Below the pieces are notes generated by a model. The model did not search any database, had not been told where the DNA came from, and saw only the letters and a program-made list of their open reading frames with translations. Below are positions 40,740 through 48,842 of a stretch of 64,000 nucleotides of DNA, piece after piece. Both the position numbers and the translations under genes were made by a program. Position 1 is the first letter of the stretch, and every line of letters begins with the position of its first letter. Source of the DNA: Gammaproteobacteria bacterium (lineage in GTDB: Bacteria; Pseudomonadota; Gammaproteobacteria; Eutrophobiales; Eutrophobiaceae); the NCBI GenBank assembly GCA_965222155.1, contig CBDCTH010000012.1:2144001-2208000 (forward strand). The letters run 5' to 3'.

Positions 40740-41675
40740 TTGGATAGTTTGCATTTCAAGAAAGCAGGTGCGTTTATGGGTACTCTTATTGCAATGCATT
40801 ACGGCGTAGCCGGTAGCTTGGCTGACCACACATACGTCAAGTGTAGTACTGATAATGTTGCCTGGGGCTGTTTTGGTGAGAAGACAGGTGGAAATCCACT
40901 TAGACATGGTGATGGAAGCACCATGCGAGCCGACAGGATTGCAGGTCCGAGTGAAACCGGGAATCTCAACTGTTATCTCATAAATGGTGTATGCCATCAG
41001 GCAGCAAATCGCATACTTTCCCCGGCTGGCGTCACCGTATTAGGAGCACTTGGTTACAGTGTCTCGCGTTCTCTGTACGGCATTTTTGGCAGGTCCAATG
41101 GCCTGTTCGATTCTTGTAAGTCGCCATTTAACCTGTACAGTAAGGTCCAAGGTGATCTGCCTGAGTGTGTAACAGGTGTAATGGAGCCGATGGGTGTGAC
41201 GTATAGTCAGGAATCAGGATTAGTTAGTCCTGAAATCAGTCGGGTAGATCAAGATGACATACAAGGTGAAATTGAGCTATACGAACGAGTCGATTGGAAA
41301 TGGAGTGAGGAACTTAGTATCGAGCTCTTCACTCACATGGTTAAATCTCACCTCGGCTGGGGGGTGACAGGAAATCTGGAAAACCAACTGATAAATGTGC
41401 GCGCTGCAATCGAGAGAAAAAGGATGGAGATAGAGGAAGCACTGTACTACGAGGAACTCAATCTTAAAGATTACGCAGAAGCTTTTGACGAACTGACCCT
41501 CACTTTTCAACGCCAAACAGCAGAAGTTCTGAGTTCCGACCAGTACGAAAATCTTTTCGGACTGAAACCTGAGTATTCGATTACTCTGGCAGATCCCAAC
41601 ATTATCTCACCTCCCTCATTAGACAAGAGTATCGACCAAGAAGAAGATATGCCACGGGGGCCAACCCATGGATAG
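40740..41675 (+). CDS. Hypothetical protein with possible permuted papain-like domain and acidic helical C-terminus (likely start ATG 40776)
   Basis: Long ORF; DHTYV ... YLINGVCHQAANRIL. Confidence 0.65.
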   Translation: MDSLHFKKAGAFMGTLIAMHYGVAGSLADHTYVKCSTDNVAWGCFGEKTGGNPLRHGDGSTMRADRIAGPSETGNLNCYLINGVCHQAANRILSPAGVTVLGALGYSVSRSLYGIFGRSNGLFDSCKSPFNLYSKVQGDLPECVTGVMEPMGVTYSQESGLVSPEISRVDQDDIQGEIELYERVDWKWSEELSIELFTHMVKSHLGWGVTGNLENQLINVRAAIERKRMEIEEALYYEELNLKDYAEAFDELTLTFQRQTAEVLSSDQYENLFGLKPEYSITLADPNIISPPSLDKSIDQEEDMPRGPTHG

Positions 41676-42102
41676 TGATCTTGGCTATGGCCCATGCCTC
41701 TCAATCGAGGAGTATGAAAAGAAAATATTCGAGCTTTACAATCAACTGCCTCCTGAGCCGAGCCGTGAACAAGACGACTTAGTACGTCGCCAGGAATTGG
41801 AGTTGACTATCGACCATCGTTTAGGTCGGAACTTTCCCCATGAAAGCCGCGAAGCCCTCTGGGCAATTCAGCAGCAGGTAGAGCGGAAACGTCTATTGCT
41901 CCTGGCGAGGTATCTGCTGAAATGCATCTTTCCGAGTAGTATCGCTACCGGAGCTCAACGATTAGCCAACGGTGTAGTAAAAGAGTACGCCAAAGTATTA
42001 AGCCAGCGAGAGATCGAAAGCTTCTTTGGAGAAGATGAGGCCCGGCGCCCGGTGCTCCCAATCGATCTGGAGCGAGTCAAAGGACACTTTGACTCCTATT
42101 GA
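41668..42102 (+). CDS. Hypothetical helical protein, translationally coupled to the upstream ORF
   Basis: 144 aa ORF overlapping the upstream stop by 8 bp. Confidence 0.65.
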   Translation: MDSDLGYGPCLSIEEYEKKIFELYNQLPPEPSREQDDLVRRQELELTIDHRLGRNFPHESREALWAIQQQVERKRLLLLARYLLKCIFPSSIATGAQRLANGVVKEYAKVLSQREIESFFGEDEARRPVLPIDLERVKGHFDSY

Positions 42103-42713
42103 GATGACTACCTGCTTTAAAGTAGGATAATTAGTCGACCCTGAAAAACCCTGTTTCAGGTTGGCATTGAGGGGGCCGGTAGGGGCGGCAGACAGACAGG
42201 CTTGTGGCTCAACAGCGTGCTGGCGCCTGACAGACGAACAGACGCTCTGCGGCAGCCAACCCGCGTAGCCAAGCCAGTATAAGTATCCTTTTGTTGAGAC
42301 AAAAAAACCTGAGTCGCCTCAGGATCAAGCGCAGGTTGTGGCCGGCACAACTCAACAGGACATTTAATTGGTCGCCGTCTGTCCCGTTCAGGTGATTGCG
42401 CCCTAACAGTCCGTCGGCTTTCAAATGACCGATGACCGGTTCAATTGCCTGGCGGCGTCTAAGCGACCGTTTCAACCGTTGGGTTTTGATGCCACGCTTC
42501 TGCCCGGAGATGTACACCGTGGACTCGGTTTCATCATGCCCCCGATAACCCCGGTCTACAAACGCCTCGTCACTACTCGTCCCGGTCAAGCACCGTACCT
42601 GTGCCAGGGCTTTCTTCAAGGTGTGCCCGTCATACGGACTGCCCGGCACGGCCAACCCTCCCACCACAAAGTTACTCTTGTTCGTGGTGGCAATACTCGC
42701 CTTCACCCCGAAT

Positions 42714-42785
42714 TCATTGCGCCCCTCCTTGGGCGCAACCCTTCGGGCGGCTTGCGCCGTGCAAATCGTCTGTCCTGACGATTTG
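42714..42785 (-). repeat. 72 bp multi-hairpin element inserted in frame in the transposase
   Basis: KRY[DKSSGQTICTAQAARRVAPKEGRN]EFGVK, with ATGA repeated at both ends. Confidence 0.85.
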
Positions 42786-42977
42786 TCATACCGCTTGTGC
42801 GCCTTCCCTTTACTGATACATTCCGCCGCCGGGGCATGCAGGCTGTACAGCTTGTGTTTATCCTGCTTCTGTTGCGCCAACAATCGCTTGGCTAAGGCCA
42901 ACTCGTCCGCAAACAGCGCCTGTCGGGCCGGATTGCCCGCGGTGTTACGCTCACTGTCACGTACTACCCGCCCCAAA

Positions 42978-43006
42978 GCCTGCCCCTGTATGGAGTTGAG
43001 CAGGGG
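42978..43006 (-). repeat. 29 bp hairpin element causing the transposase frameshift
   Basis: CCCCTGCTCAACTCCATACAGGGGCAGGC; removal restores RLRTSLGRVVRD; near-identical copy at 26009-26038. Confidence 0.85.
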
Positions 43007-43943
43007 GAGGTGCGTAATCGCTTCACCTCGCGCCGCAGCCGCCGATACTGTTTGGCATGACCGTAGCGGTTCGCCTGTTGTAACGCCCGCGGCCCTTTAC
43101 GGGCGTAGCTCTGACGTAACAGGACCCCGTAACGATGACATAACCGCACCAACCGCGCCCGTGACCGATTTAACAACTTGCTGTCCGTCGGATAGCTCAC
43201 CGCCTTCTCCTGTACCGTGGTATCCACCGTTACCCGCTTGAAGTCCGTCGTCTTCACTGCCTTGCTCTGCACCCCCGCCGCCACCGTCACCTGTAAAATC
43301 CGCGCACACCCTGACTCCCCAATGCGCCGGCGACAGCGCGTCAGGCTGCTCGGGTCCACCGGCGCCTCATGCTGAAAGTACACCGCCCCACAGACGGACT
43401 GCCAATACGGATTCTCCACCCAGCCCGACACCACCGCCTCATCGGATAACCCATAACAATGCGTCAGATAATGCAACCCCACCAGCAACCGGGTGGGCTT
43501 CCCCGGACAGCCGTTGTCCGGGCAGTACAGGGCGCCGAATGCGGTATCAAACACCGACCCGTCCACCAGGTCGGCTAACCGATACAATTCGTGGCGTGGG
43601 TTGAGCATAGTATCCAACTGTTCGCTGAACAGGTCTGATGAAGGATGCGTGTCAGCGTGTCTGGGGGTCATTTTTATCTCCGATATTGCCAGAAAATGAA
43701 GCCCTATGATACCAAAACCGGCACTATCAGTCCAGGAAAAAATGCAGGTTACATAAATATAATCAATAGGTTAGAATAGCTTTTGGGGTTATTCAGGGAC
43801 GACTAATTAGGACCGGTCTCGGCGTTGTTGTCAATACTCGGCAATCATTCAAAAAATCGACGCCCTTTTTTATTACGGTAAAATACCTTATTTACAGACG
43901 TTGAAAAAGGCAGGTGTAATACCCTGGTACGGAGGATGCTGTA

Positions 43944-44099
43944 ATAGCAACGTTATCCCGCTTTGACCTGAAGCTAGATAAAGAAAACAAGGAGATGTTT
44001 GCCGAGGCTGCAACTCTGATGGGGGCAACCATGCAAGGTTTTGTGCGTGCTGCCGCAAAGGAAAAAACTCGAGTGGTAATTGATCAAGAAACCAGACTC
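43944..44099 (+). pseudogene. Truncated duplicate of the DUF1778 antitoxin
   Basis: Paralog of 45935-46090 with ATG changed to ATA, cut at the duplication junction. Confidence 0.85.
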
Positions 44100-44156
44100 A
44101 TCAGTCTCGATGACCAGGTCTTGGTGGATGATGCAGCGGCAGGCATGGTTATTTGA

Positions 44157-45119
44157 TCAGCTTATTAATTCGGATATTCGGGGAGTCCTGTGCGCGGGAA
44201 TGATGGCGCCGGGATATTGAATAACCTCCCCGGCAAGAAATTGCCCTGCCCGGACGGAGGTCGCGATATCACTGCCGGACAGTCTTGCCGCGATATAACC
44301 GGCATTAAAGGAGTCACCTGCGGCAGTTGTGTCAACAACCCGTTCCCGGGCCGTTACCGGAAAGCCGGCAATATCCGGTCCGATTGCGACCGTACATGGT
44401 GATGAACCATTTTTCACAACGATCTCCGCAACCCCCAGGGCGGCCAGACGAGCACAGGTATGTTCTGGCGTGGCGTCATTAAAAAGTGCTTTTTCATCGT
44501 CAAAACCGGGCAAGGCCACACTGGTCTCGCGGTAGATGCGGTCGGCCCAGTCTCTTGCTTCCCCGGGGGACGGCCACAGCGCCGCCCTGTAATTCGAATC
44601 ATACACGATAATGACACCTGTCTTACGTAAAAATCTCAATAAGTCCAGCAGGCTCTCCCTGTAATCGGGGGTGAGTATGGCGATTGATATACCGGATAAA
44701 TAGAGTACCTGAAAACCCTTCAGGGAAGTTTCCAGGCTTATGGCATAATTATCCCTGAACAAATCACGCGCTGCTGACTTTTCCCGATCATAGCTGAAAC
44801 GACGCTCTCCACCGCTTCCGGTTGTAATAGTGTAACTTCCCGGTAATTTATCCCGGAAACGTCTGACAAACGCGGTATTAATACCCTCAGACTTCCAGAC
44901 CGCCAACATGGTGGCGCTGTGCGCGTCTTCTCCTACTGCAGTGACATAAAACAGGTCCGCCCTGTCCCTGTCCAGTAGTCTTGCCATATAGGTTACGGTA
45001 TTGAGCGTATCGCCTGAAAATCCCTGAGAATACTCGAGAGAACCATCAGCCCTGTGTTCAACCATACACTCACCGATGGCTGCAATCATGCAAGGACCGT
45101 CTTTTTTCCACTCCATCAT
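44157..45119 (-). CDS. kdgK: 2-keto-3-deoxygluconate kinase, copy 2
   Basis: Near-identical to 38985-39947. Confidence 0.92.
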   Translation of the reverse strand: MMEWKKDGPCMIAAIGECMVEHRADGSLEYSQGFSGDTLNTVTYMARLLDRDRADLFYVTAVGEDAHSATMLAVWKSEGINTAFVRRFRDKLPGSYTITTGSGGERRFSYDREKSAARDLFRDNYAISLETSLKGFQVLYLSGISIAILTPDYRESLLDLLRFLRKTGVIIVYDSNYRAALWPSPGEARDWADRIYRETSVALPGFDDEKALFNDATPEHTCARLAALGVAEIVVKNGSSPCTVAIGPDIAGFPVTARERVVDTTAAGDSFNAGYIAARLSGSDIATSVRAGQFLAGEVIQYPGAIIPAHRTPRISELIS

Positions 45120-45206
45120 AAAGATTCCCTTATTCTTTCGTACAGAGACGTTTAGCCCGATAATAGGGTAAAATCATCGACCCAGTATAATTTAACAGCG
45201 CGTAGT

Positions 45207-45836
45207 ATGAAATCCATCACGGATATTATCTCTACGGGAAGTATTATTCCCGTGTGTACCGTTAATGACCCCGGCAAGGCCGTTCCGTTGGCTCAAATGC
45301 TACAGGATTGCGGCATTAACTTTATTGAGATTACCCTGCGAACTGAAGGCGCTTTTGCAGCCGCACAGAATGTCATCGATGAATGTCCGGATATGTACGT
45401 CGGTATCGGCACGGTGACCGGAGCCGAACAGCTTCGCCGGGCAAAAGAAGCCGGTGCGCATTTCTGTGTCAGTCCCGGCATGACCGAACGTCTCATCCGT
45501 ACGGCCGAACAATTAAACCTGCCCTACTTGCCGGGCGTCAGCAGCGTGTCAGAAGTGATGTTTGCCAGGGAATTGGGGTTACGGCACTTGAAGTTTTTCC
45601 CGGCTGAATTATCAGGGGGAGTCAGGATTCTTGGTATGTTCCGGGAACTATTCCCCGAGATCAAATTTTGTCCCACCGGCGGACTGAATGAAAATAACGC
45701 CGGAGATTACCTGCAACTGGCGAACGTGTTCAGCATCGGTGGGAGTTGGCTGACGTCACAAGAGAAGATCGATGCTGCCGACTGGAGGGGTATCGAAAAA
45801 ACAATACGACGGGTTATCTGTTCGCAACATTCGTAA
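45207..45836 (+). CDS. eda: KDPG/KHG aldolase, copy 2
   Basis: Paralog of 40098-40718 with the same motifs. Confidence 0.93.
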   Translation: MKSITDIISTGSIIPVCTVNDPGKAVPLAQMLQDCGINFIEITLRTEGAFAAAQNVIDECPDMYVGIGTVTGAEQLRRAKEAGAHFCVSPGMTERLIRTAEQLNLPYLPGVSSVSEVMFARELGLRHLKFFPAELSGGVRILGMFRELFPEIKFCPTGGLNENNAGDYLQLANVFSIGGSWLTSQEKIDAADWRGIEKTIRRVICSQHS

Positions 45837-45845
45837 CGACGAACA

Positions 45846-45880
45846 TTGACATGCCTTCTCAATACGGTAAAATACCGTAT
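45846..45880 (+). promoter_or_regulatory. Sigma70 promoter with overlapping palindromic operator for the DUF1778-GNAT operon
   Basis: TTGACA-16 bp-TAAAAT; ATACGGTA-AAA-TACCGTAT covers the -10. Confidence 0.7.
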
Positions 45881-45934
45881 CAACAAATACCAAAAAAGAC
45901 AACATGCAGAACCCCAGAACCGGAGGATAGTGTA

Positions 45935-46207
45935 ATGACGACGTTAGCCCGCTTTGACCTGAAGCTGGATAAAGAAGACAAGGATATGTTTGCCGAGGCT
46001 GCCACGCTGGTGGGGACCACTATGGCAGGTTTTGTGCGTGCTGCCGCAAAAGAGAAAGCGCGGGAGGTAATTGATCAAGAAGCCAGACTCGCCCTGACCC
46101 GGCGCGATTTTGGTGCATTCAGTGCGGCGCTGAATCGGGCTTTTACTCCTGACCAGCCTCTGCAGGAAGCTTTAGCTACGGCGCGCCAAACCGTGAAGCG
46201 TGCTTGA
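45935..46207 (+). CDS. DUF1778 (TacA-type RHH) antitoxin
   Basis: RFDLKL..E.K.....AA...G.T...FV..AA...A..VI; GGAGGA RBS. Confidence 0.88.
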   Translation: MTTLARFDLKLDKEDKDMFAEAATLVGTTMAGFVRAAAKEKAREVIDQEARLALTRRDFGAFSAALNRAFTPDQPLQEALATARQTVKRA

Positions 46208-46682
46208 AGAACAGCAGCTTAATTCCAGACTCCATAATTGTGCCGAATTTGATTGTGGAATACCCGAGCTGAACAATTATCTTACGCGATATGCGACTCA
46301 GGACCGTCGGCGTAACCTCTCTCAAGTCTATGTTCTGATTGACACCGATAAGCCGACCGAGGTTCTCGGCTGCTATACGTTGAGCGCCGCCCATATTGAG
46401 GTAGACCAGATATCAGAGCAAGAACAACAGCGTCTCCCACGCTATCCTATTCTTTGTTTTCGTATGGGGCGGTTTGCGATTCGGAAAGATATTCAAGGCA
46501 AGGGTATGGGTAAACTCTTACTGGGCTGTGCTGTAGATCGTTGTTTGCGGGCAAGGCAAGAGGTTGCCGCATATGCCCTGATCGTAGACGCTAAGGACGC
46601 AAAAGCGAAATCATTTTATGAGTATTTCGGGTTTATTGCTTTTGCCGATATACCCTACTCCCTGTACTTGACCATCCCCTGA
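46200..46682 (+). CDS. GNAT acetyltransferase toxin (TacT/AtaT-type)
   Basis: FDCG...LN.YL, LPRYP, GRFA....QGKGMG..LL, VDAKD..A..FY..FGF. Confidence 0.9.
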   Translation: MLEEQQLNSRLHNCAEFDCGIPELNNYLTRYATQDRRRNLSQVYVLIDTDKPTEVLGCYTLSAAHIEVDQISEQEQQRLPRYPILCFRMGRFAIRKDIQGKGMGKLLLGCAVDRCLRARQEVAAYALIVDAKDAKAKSFYEYFGFIAFADIPYSLYLTIP

Positions 46683-46800
46683 TAAGCCATATACCTGAAC
46701 TTGCAACAAGCTCAAACAGCTTGCTATTACTGCTTTCCCAAACCTGAGAGGAGGAAAAGAATTTGACTATTCAGACCGGAACCGGTGGATTGAGTGAATA

Positions 46801-47256
46801 TTATTGGTGTCGGGATGACCCGAAGTTTTTGTTTATCTTTTCTTCGATGACGGCAGCGGGATAGCTGAGGAGATTGCCGAACTGCCTGGCTATGTCCCGG
46901 CGCGCCTCACCCGCATAGGAACCGGCTTCCATTAAACCAGACTTTCTCTCTTTCAATGCCAGATACTCTTCCAGGGTTGCGTCTTTATAAATTAACAGCA
47001 CGTGTTTGCCTTTGGCGACATCAGCCGGGAACAGGTCGGTGACAATCAAATCCGTCTCGCGGTATAGCAGGACACCTTCTCCCTGTGCAATCTGCTCCGC
47101 ATCCTCCACCAAGTCATCCATTTCCTCTGGTGTCACCGCCGCGCTCAGCGCCAGGGTGTTGACACCGACACTGACCATCTCCGCAAAAGTGCTGAGCCCT
47201 CCCAGCCGATAGAAGCGTTGATCGATTTGCCTGCTCATGTTTTGAGAACGAGACAT
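46801..47256 (-). CDS. Hypothetical protein, paralog A (no signal peptide)
   Basis: Highly similar to 48126-48644. Confidence 0.7.
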   Translation of the reverse strand: MSRSQNMSRQIDQRFYRLGGLSTFAEMVSVGVNTLALSAAVTPEEMDDLVEDAEQIAQGEGVLLYRETDLIVTDLFPADVAKGKHVLLIYKDATLEEYLALKERKSGLMEAGSYAGEARRDIARQFGNLLSYPAAVIEEKINKNFGSSRHQ

Positions 47257-47365
47257 TTACTACCCTGAAGAACCAAGGCTACCACGTTGAGCATAACCTC
47301 CAACACGGCTATCAGCGCCTGTCCACGGTGCTGACCTATGCCTGACCATGCCATGCCTTGATAAC

Positions 47366-47385
47366 TGTTACCATTTCAGGTAACA
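47366..47385. promoter_or_regulatory. Operator-like inverted repeat
   Basis: TGTTACC-N6-GGTAACA just upstream of ATG 47393. Confidence 0.55.
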
Positions 47386-47392
47386 TCATCAA

Positions 47393-47587
47393 ATGGGTAA
47401 GATACGTCGTAATAACTACGTTTTCCTGACTTGGAAAGGCGATCATTCCCCCCGACATGTCCATGTATACAAGGATTCGAAATTCGTAGTTAAATATGAT
47501 TTGGAAAACAGGCAGGTTATGAAAGGGAGAATTACCGGGGCTTTGTTGGCAACCATCATTGAACTGGAAAGAGAAGGTTTGCTATGA
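47393..47587 (+). CDS. DUF4160-like small toxin
   Basis: DHSPRHVHV motif; ATGA overlap with the partner gene. Confidence 0.65.
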   Translation: MGKIRRNNYVFLTWKGDHSPRHVHVYKDSKFVVKYDLENRQVMKGRITGALLATIIELEREGLL

Positions 47588-48060
47588 AAATACGTAATGT
47601 TGAAATGAATAATCGAAAAAACGAGTTTACTGTTACTACCCGGTCTGGTTCTGTTTATATCTTTCCATACTCAAAGGCAGACCCGTGTCCGAAGCCGGAT
47701 AATCGCATCAAAAAGCTTTTTGTTGACAATGAGTTTGCAAGCGAGGCGTTCACATATCTTCTGGAATCAGGTGAAGAGGGCTCGATTCACATAGAACAAA
47801 TATTCGAATATAACGACGACCCGGCTTATTATGCAGATTTGCTGATATACAAGTTATCTGTAGAGGCCAAGCAACGCGTTGAAAAGAGTGACCTGAGCCG
47901 ACGGCAAATAGCCCGGCGTCTATCGACATCCGTTCCTCAATTATATCGATTACTGGACCCCTCTAACTCCAGGAAATCCATCAGACAATTAATTGCGCTG
48001 TTGCATGTTCTGGATTGTGGTCTGAACCTGGTCGTGAAAAACAGAAAGGAAGCAGCATGA
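47584..48060 (+). CDS. HTH-containing antitoxin-like protein
   Basis: C-terminal LSRRQIARRLSTSVPQLYRLLDP HTH. Confidence 0.7.
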   Translation: MKIRNVEMNNRKNEFTVTTRSGSVYIFPYSKADPCPKPDNRIKKLFVDNEFASEAFTYLLESGEEGSIHIEQIFEYNDDPAYYADLLIYKLSVEAKQRVEKSDLSRRQIARRLSTSVPQLYRLLDPSNSRKSIRQLIALLHVLDCGLNLVVKNRKEAA

Positions 48061-48125
48061 GAGAAAAATAATCAGAAAACTCTGACTTAACCAGATGTTC
48101 CCTGAGAAAACCACGGGAGTTGTGC

Positions 48126-48644
48126 TCATTCCTGATGTTGAGCAGACCCGGAGTTCTTATTTATCAATTCTTCGATGACGGTGTTGGGATAGCTGAGGAG
48201 CTTGCCGAACTGGCGGGCAATGTCCTTGCGCGCTTCACCTTCATAAGAGCCGGATTTCACCAATTCAGATTTCCTTTCTTTCAATGCCAGGTACTCATCC
48301 AGGGTTGTTCCTTCATAGATCAATAGGACATGTTTGCCTACGGCAACGTCAGCAGGAAAAAGATCGGTGACGATCAAATCCGTCTCGCGGTACAGCATAA
48401 CCCCTTCTTCCCGCGCAATTCCCGCTGCATCATCCGCCAGGACATCCATTTCTTCCGGCGTAACAGCCGCACTCAGCGCCAGTGTCTTGACCCCGACACT
48501 GACCATCTCCGCAAAGGTGGATAAACCACCCAATGTGAACGAACGTTGATCAATTTGCTTATTCATACTTGAAGATTCTTCAGCAACACAAGGGTATGCA
48601 GTTGCCAGAAACAGGAAAATAATTGTCCTGATTATCCGTATCAC
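48126..48644 (-). CDS. Hypothetical exported protein, paralog B
   Basis: Signal peptide (IIFLFLATAYPCVA) followed by the domain shared with 46801-47256. Confidence 0.72.
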   Translation of the reverse strand: MIRIIRTIIFLFLATAYPCVAEESSSMNKQIDQRSFTLGGLSTFAEMVSVGVKTLALSAAVTPEEMDVLADDAAGIAREEGVMLYRETDLIVTDLFPADVAVGKHVLLIYEGTTLDEYLALKERKSELVKSGSYEGEARKDIARQFGKLLSYPNTVIEELINKNSGSAQHQE

Positions 48645-48775
48645 AGGGTTCTCAGAGTTGAAATAACGGGCTTGAGTGTCCTGGCTATGATTGCATGGAA
48701 CAGCAGAGCATTACACTATTTTTCAATATTAGAGCTTCATTGGAAAAAGTAGTATCTCCACCTTTTCCCAGCGAA

Positions 48776-48806
48776 AAATAAAACCCCTGCTTAAACAGCA
48801 GGGGTC
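48776..48806 (-). terminator. Rho-independent terminator of the TonB receptor gene
   Basis: ACCCCTGCT-GTTTA-AGCAGGGGT followed by TTTATTTTT on the minus strand. Confidence 0.75.
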
Positions 48807-48842
48807 AATAAAAGTGCAACCAGGAATTGTCAGTTATGCTGA

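Larger units (their letters stand above)
42134..43803 (-). mobile_element. IS5 family element with disrupted transposase
   Basis: TIRs GTCGACCCTGAAAAACCC / GGGTTATTCAGGGACGAC, TAATTA on both flanks; motifs WVENPYWQ, VDTTVQEK, KLYSLHAP..ECI.KGK, EFGVK, DRGYRG, RR.AIEP.IGHLK. Confidence 0.93.

Noticed and set aside
42209-43671. Programmed frameshift between the two transposase ORFs
   Set aside because: The shift is fully explained by the 29 bp insertion; no slippery site is present
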